48,913 bases of DNA from sequence record DRR378314_740; one strand, 5' to 3'. This document shows, one piece after another, positions 47,101 through 48,913 of this stretch. Position 1 is the stretch's first letter. Each line of letters begins with the position of its first letter. The position numbers and the translations under genes are program-made. The notes beneath the pieces were generated by a model. It was not told where the DNA came from, did no database searches, and saw only the letters and a program-made list of their open reading frames with translations.

Positions 47101-48486
47101 ATGAGCACAACCATTCAATGCATATCGCCCATCGACGGTTCCGTGTACGTGGAGCGCCCGACGCTCTCCCTGGACGCCGCGCGGAAGGCCGTCGCCAGGG
47201 CAAAAAGCGCCCAGTCCGAATGGGCCGCCCTGCCGCTTTCGGATCGGATTCAACGGGTCCGCAACGGCATCGCCCGGTTGGGTGACATGAACGACGACAT
47301 CGTTGAAAAGCTGGCCTGGCAGATGGGGCGGCCCGTGCGCTATGGCGGTGAGTTCGGCGGTGTGGACGAGCGTGCGGGCATGATGGCCGATCTTGCGGAA
47401 GAAGGGCTGGCCCCCATCGAGATTGAAAACAGCGCCTCCTTTCATCGCTACATTCGCCGGGAACCCCATGGTGCCGTGCTGGTTGTTGCGCCCTGGAACT
47501 ATCCGTACATGACTGCCGTCAATACGGTTGTCCCCGCCCTGATCGCCGGTAACGCGGTGTTCCTCAAACACGCCTCTCAAACACCCCTGGTCGGTGAGCA
47601 CCTGGCCGAGGCGTTCCATGCCGCTGGCGTCCCCAGCGAGATCTTCCAGAACGTGTTCCTGTCCCATGAAACCACGTCCGCACTGATCGCGGAAAAAGCC
47701 TTCGGTTTTGTGAACTTTACCGGCTCGGTGAATGGGGGGCAGGCCATCGAACGCGCCGCTGCCGGCACCTTTACCGGCGTAGGATTGGAGCTTGGCGGCA
47801 AGGACCCGGGTTATGTGATGGACGATGCGGATCTGGACGCCGCCGTGGAAACGCTGATTGACGGCGCCATGTTCAATGCCGGCCAGTGTTGCTGCGGCAT
47901 TGAACGCATCTACGTCGCCGAGAACCTGTTCGATGCGTTCGTTGAGAAAGCTGTTGCCATTGTCAGCGCCTACCGGCTTGGCAATCCGCTGGACAAGGCC
48001 ACAACGCTCGGCCCGATGGCGCATGTCCGCTTTGCTGACCATGTCCGGGAGCAGACGGTAGAGGCCATTGCCAGCGGGGCCCGGGCCCTGATCGACCCCG
48101 AGCTCTTCCCTGATCAGGGCGGCGCCTATCTGATGCCGCAGATCCTTATCGATGTGGACCATTCCATGCGGGTCATGCGGGAGGAGTCCTTTGGCCCGGT
48201 GGTCGGCATCATGAAAGTGAAAGATGACGCCGAGGCGGTCGCATGGATGAACGACAGCGAATTCGGCCTGACTGCGTCGCTGTGGACCAGAGACATTGAG
48301 CGGGCCACGCGGGTGGCCGACCAGATAGAGACCGGCACGGTGTTCATGAACCGTTGTGATTACCTGGACCCGGCGCTTTGCTGGACCGGTTGCAAGAACA
48401 CCGGTCGCGGTGGTGGGCTTTCGATCATCGGCTACCACAACCTGACGCGCCCGAAATCGTATTACCTGAAAAAACCGGTGAACTGA
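47101..48486 (+). CDS. Aldehyde dehydrogenase
   Basis: PWNYP, FTGS, LELGGKDP, FNAGQCCC, EESFGP. Confidence 0.95.
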   Translation: MSTTIQCISPIDGSVYVERPTLSLDAARKAVARAKSAQSEWAALPLSDRIQRVRNGIARLGDMNDDIVEKLAWQMGRPVRYGGEFGGVDERAGMMADLAEEGLAPIEIENSASFHRYIRREPHGAVLVVAPWNYPYMTAVNTVVPALIAGNAVFLKHASQTPLVGEHLAEAFHAAGVPSEIFQNVFLSHETTSALIAEKAFGFVNFTGSVNGGQAIERAAAGTFTGVGLELGGKDPGYVMDDADLDAAVETLIDGAMFNAGQCCCGIERIYVAENLFDAFVEKAVAIVSAYRLGNPLDKATTLGPMAHVRFADHVREQTVEAIASGARALIDPELFPDQGGAYLMPQILIDVDHSMRVMREESFGPVVGIMKVKDDAEAVAWMNDSEFGLTASLWTRDIERATRVADQIETGTVFMNRCDYLDPALCWTGCKNTGRGGGLSIIGYHNLTRPKSYYLKKPVN

Positions 48487-48531
48487 CATCCGGATCCACA
48501 GACCACCCGATTCTCTGACGAGGGGCTGACA

Positions 48532-48913
48532 ATGACACTCTCCGCAAACTGGTCCTATCCCACGGATATTCGTTTTGGCGCCGGCCGTATTGCCGAACTC
48601 GGCGAATGCTGTAAGGAGGCAGGTATAACCCGGCCGTTACTGGTGACCGACCGAGGGTTGGCAAGCCTTCCCATTACCCAGGGCACGCTCGATTTAATGG
48701 AGCAGGCTGGCCTTGGACGAGCCATGTTTTCAGAGGTTGATCCCAACCCCACGGAAATCAACATGGAAGCGGGCCGGAAGGTCTTCCTCGATGGTAACCA
48801 CGACGGCGTGATCGCCTTCGGCGGAGGCTCCGGGCTTGACCTCGGAAAATTGCTGGCCTTCATGGCCGGTCAGACACGGCCAGTGTGGGATTTCGAGGAT
48901 ATCGGTGACTGGT
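48532..48913 (+). CDS. Iron-containing alcohol dehydrogenase, 3'-truncated by the window edge
   Basis: Own translation MTLSANWSYPTDIRFGAGRIAEL...LLVTDRGL...NPT...IAFGGGSGLDLGK; GAGGGG RBS; not in the ORF track. Confidence 0.92.
   Translation, partial: MTLSANWSYPTDIRFGAGRIAELGECCKEAGITRPLLVTDRGLASLPITQGTLDLMEQAGLGRAMFSEVDPNPTEINMEAGRKVFLDGNHDGVIAFGGGSGLDLGKLLAFMAGQTRPVWDFEDIGDW

Overview
GC-rich gammaproteobacterial chromosomal window; gene content and order suggest Marinobacter (inference). In order: 3' part of an NAD-dependent formate dehydrogenase operon (fdsA-fdhD-fdsD); a Fur-type siderophore uptake locus (TonB receptor, FecBCDE-like ABC system) with a sucrase/ferredoxin-like [2Fe-2S] protein; a ~14 kb accessory island (10.8-24.9 kb); ectA-ectB-ask without ectC; a divergent RpoS/RpoD-like sigma factor; housekeeping genes (tag, pdxH, yfbR, SPFH/NfeD, DUF748, SDR, GGDEF, AraC); and a TRAP + glutamine synthetase-like + ALDH + Fe-ADH amine glutamylation operon running off the right end. 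The island holds TetR, AhpD-like, DUF547, a small secreted peptide, a rhodanese remnant, a cystine-type ABC cassette, DedA/VTT, a YiiX-like amidase, DoxX, an ECF sigma/ZAS anti-sigma pair, a VTT-flavin disulfide reductase fusion, a radical SAM enzyme, a Na+/solute symporter and a degenerate metallophosphoesterase. Best candidate for a new system: these scattered island genes share a repeated ECF-type promoter (TGTAAC-N15/16-nTGTCT, 6 copies) and a repeated TetR-type operator (TTGAryGATCryTCAA, about 6 copies), which suggests one doubly regulated thiol/redox or metalloid module. No rRNA, tRNA, CRISPR array or transposase was seen. All family calls come from motif recognition by eye; no database searches were run.
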